From NCBI RefSeq assembly GCF_009914755.1, contig NC_060927.1: a stretch of 64,000 bases of DNA; one strand, 5' to 3'. The stretch is from the human T2T-CHM13v2.0 reference genome, Homo sapiens. This document shows positions 61,401-64,000 of the stretch, piece after piece. The notes beneath the pieces are model-generated. The model saw nothing but the letters and a program-made list of their open reading frames with translations, was not told the origin of the DNA and made no database searches. Made by a program: the position numbers and the translations under genes. Every line of letters starts with the position of its first letter. Position 1 is the stretch's first letter.

Positions 61401-61530
61401 CTTTGCAGTGTCCATCGTAATCAACCTGGATTTTGGATCCAGTGAGGCAGGCATCTCGATGCAGTTCACAGTGGTTGAGGTAGGTCTTGCCATTACTGCC
61501 ACACACAGGCCTCTTGTGAGGTTTGCATTG
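61401..61530 (-). CDS. FSTL1: FSTL1 exon 4 (Kazal domain: [43 protein letters not shown])
   Basis: 130 nt, CAG acceptor, GTAAGG donor; exons 1-3 lie beyond the window end. Confidence 0.97.
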
Positions 61531-61763
61531 CTGAAACAGACCCAAAAGAGAATGTTTGTGCAGTTATGGATATCGACACACAGACACACACACACAGAGC
61601 CATTTTGTAAGGGGACTCTCCACCACCAGAGATGGTGCTTCTACCCCATCAGGGCACAGGCAGTCACAGTTCTGGCCAACTGACCCTGTCTCAGTTGCCT
61701 ATGGCCCTTCATGCCTATCCTGGTCCAGGGTCATCTCTTCTATTCAGTGAAGAAAGAGACACC

Positions 61764-62142
61764 CTCTATAGTTTCAATGTTTGTGATCCCTCCAAAATTC
61801 ATGTTGATACTTAATCCACAATGCAAAAGTATTAAGAGGTGAGGCCTTTAGGAGGTGATTAGGTCATGAGGACTCCTCCCTTGTGGATGAGGTTAAGAAG
61901 TGAATAAAACAGTCTTCCTACAGCATTTGGCCCTTTGGCCCTTCTGCCTTCTGCCATGTGAGGATGCCACATGCAAGGTGCCATCTTGGAAGTTAGAGAC
62001 CAGGCCCTCACCAGACATCAAATCTGCTTGCACCTCAATCTTGTACTTCCCAGCCTCCAGAACTGTGAGAATTAAATTCTTATTATTTATTAATTACCCA
62101 ATCTCAGATATTTTGTTATAGCAGCCCAAACAAACAAAGACA
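61764..62142 (+). mobile_element. MST/MLT1A-type MaLR solo LTR
   Basis: CTATAGTTTCAATGTTTGTG..CCTCCAAAATTCATGTTG..CCCAGCCTCCAGAACTGTGAGA..AAGACA. Confidence 0.8.
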
Positions 62143-62330
62143 CCCCCCACATCAAATGAGCAGAAAGGGCGTTTTATTAAAAGCCAGAAATTTGAATTCT
62201 CTGTCACTTTGGAAAAAGTAATTTAATGTCTCAGAAGATCTAAGATCCCTTAATATTCCAACATTCAATGACACAAAACAGCCAGAGCTGAGAGCTGGGA
62301 ATGTGGAGAGGCTGATAGGCAGGCAGGCGA

Positions 62331-62345
62331 ACACACACACATGCG

Positions 62346-62390
<45 letters not shown>
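62331..62390. repeat. (CA)n/(CG)n alternating purine-pyrimidine tract
   Basis: 60 nt of uninterrupted alternation with a GCGCGCGC core. Confidence 0.92.
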
Positions 62391-62392
<2 letters not shown>

Positions 62393-63291
62393 CAATTCTT
62401 CTGCAGCCTAACTGTAAGGATCTCTTGCTTTATATACTATTGGGGGAACACTTTGTTTTCCTCCTGATCTCAAGCCTTTGTTGTGAAGCTAGGAGTAGGG
62501 TTGCCTGGGTCTTTGTGAAGTACTACAGAGAATCATTATGGACAGGGAAATGGAACAAAGTTCATATGGCAACTAGGTTACGCTTTGGCTGCTGAAGGTG
62601 CCAAGATCACAGGCAAGCTCAGTTTCTTTGGACTTCTATGGTTTTTAAAGGGGAGAAGCAGGAAGTAAATTTAGCTCAGATCCAATAAAGAAAGGAACTG
62701 AAACAAGAAAGAGCAGATGGTAAAAAGAAGCACAGAGCACTGGAAGTGGATGGCAGCCCAACCTTTCCAGTTTTAGTTGAGGATACCAAAAACACAAATT
62801 TCAGTGAACCAATATTTATTATGGAGTGCTCACTATGTGCTGGGCAATGGGCAAAACCAAATGTGGGCACTGTCTTCACAGCATCTCCTGAGACCTCAGG
62901 TTTGGTCTCAGCTCACCCACATCTAGTTGTACAATTTTTAGGATCAGGTTTCTAGATCCTAAGTCCAGGCTTATGCCACCACACTGTGGCCAGGTACACT
63001 GCCAGTGAGGACCTCCCAGAGCTAATGGATCCCCAGTAGGATCTGGCTTTTAGGTTTCTGAGTTAGAAAACTTCCTTTCTGGGGCAACAAATCAGGATCC
63101 TTAACCTGGGGACTAAATTGGTTGTATTTAATTTGCAGAAAGACGTGTTTCCAGGCTATGGGTTGTTTTGACAGAAAACAGAATGTCCAAGGTATTTATG
63201 TTCACTTTAGTGGCAGAACTTGTCAGAATCCAGCCTACAAAAGAAGTATTTATCAAAGGCTCTCTTTGTTTTTTAAACATTAAAAAAAAAA

Positions 63292-64000
63292 CTCCCTCTC
63301 CCTCTCCCTCTCCCTCTCCCCCTCCCCCTCCCCCTCCCCCTCCCTCTCCCCCTCCCTCTCCCTCTCCCCACGGTCTCCCTCTCCCTCTCTTTCCATGGTC
63401 TCCCTCTCATGTTGAGCCGAAGCTGGACTGTACTGCTGCCATCTCGGCTCACTGCAACCTCCCTGCCTGATTCTCCTGACTCAGCCTGCCCAGTGCCTGC
63501 GATTGCAGGCTTGCGCCGCCATGCCTGACTGGTTTTGGTGGAGACGGGGTTTCGCTGTGTTGGCCAGGCCGGTCTCCAGCCCCTAACCGCAAGTGATCCG
63601 CCAGCCTCGGCCTCCCGAGGTGCCGGGATTGCAGACGGAGTCTCGTTCACTCAGTGCTCAATGGTGCCCAGGCTGGAGTGCAGTGGCGTGATCTCGGCTC
63701 GCTACAACCTCCACCTCCCAGCCGCCTGCCTTGGCCTCCCAAAGTGCCGAGATTGCAGCCTCTGCCTGGCTGCCACCCCGTCTGGGAAGTGAGGAGCGTC
63801 TCTGCCTGGCCGCCTATCGTCTGGGATGTGAGGAGCCCCTCTGCCTGGCTGCCCAGTCTGGAACGTGAGAAGCGTCTCCGCCCGGCCGCCATCCCACCTA
63901 GGAAGTGAGGAGCACCTCTTCCCGGCCGCCATCACATCTAGGAAGTGAGGAGCGTCTCTGCCCGGCCGCCCATCGTCTGAGATGTGGGGAGCGCCTCTGC
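63292..64000 (+). mobile_element. SVA retrotransposon, 5' part (hexamer, Alu-like domain, start of VNTR), antisense in FSTL1 intron 3
   Basis: (CCCTCT/CCCCCT)n after TTAAAAAAAAAA, AAGCTGGACTGTACTGCTGCCATCTCGGCTCAC, VNTR units GGAAGTGAGGAGCGTCTCTGCCCGGCCGCC. Confidence 0.96.

Noticed and set aside
63168-63935. Pro-rich and RG-repeat ORFs
   Set aside because: Translations of the SVA hexamer and VNTR

Overview
Primate genomic DNA, most likely human (human-identical FSTL1 peptide and mir-198 hairpin, plus AluYa5-type, L1PA2-type and SVA insertions; from recall this is chr3q13.33 between LRRC58 and FSTL1). The right third holds the last eight coding exons (exons 4-11) of FSTL1 on the minus strand, with the MIR198 hairpin in its 3' UTR. 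The left half holds a plus-strand B7/butyrophilin-like Ig gene that looks recently disabled (probably the locus annotated BTNL12P). It has a candidate signal-peptide exon, an open IgV exon with a long in-frame loop insertion, an IgC exon with one TGG>TAG stop, and a candidate terminal exon. A full-length, disabled L1PA2-like element lies in its last candidate intron. Also present: a PPDPF processed pseudogene split by a solo LTR that forms a perfect GT-AG pseudo-intron, a template-switch microinversion splitting an Alu, a young truncated AluYa5-type element, the 5' end of an SVA, and many old repeats. Repeat subfamily names and boundaries are by-eye recognition and approximate.
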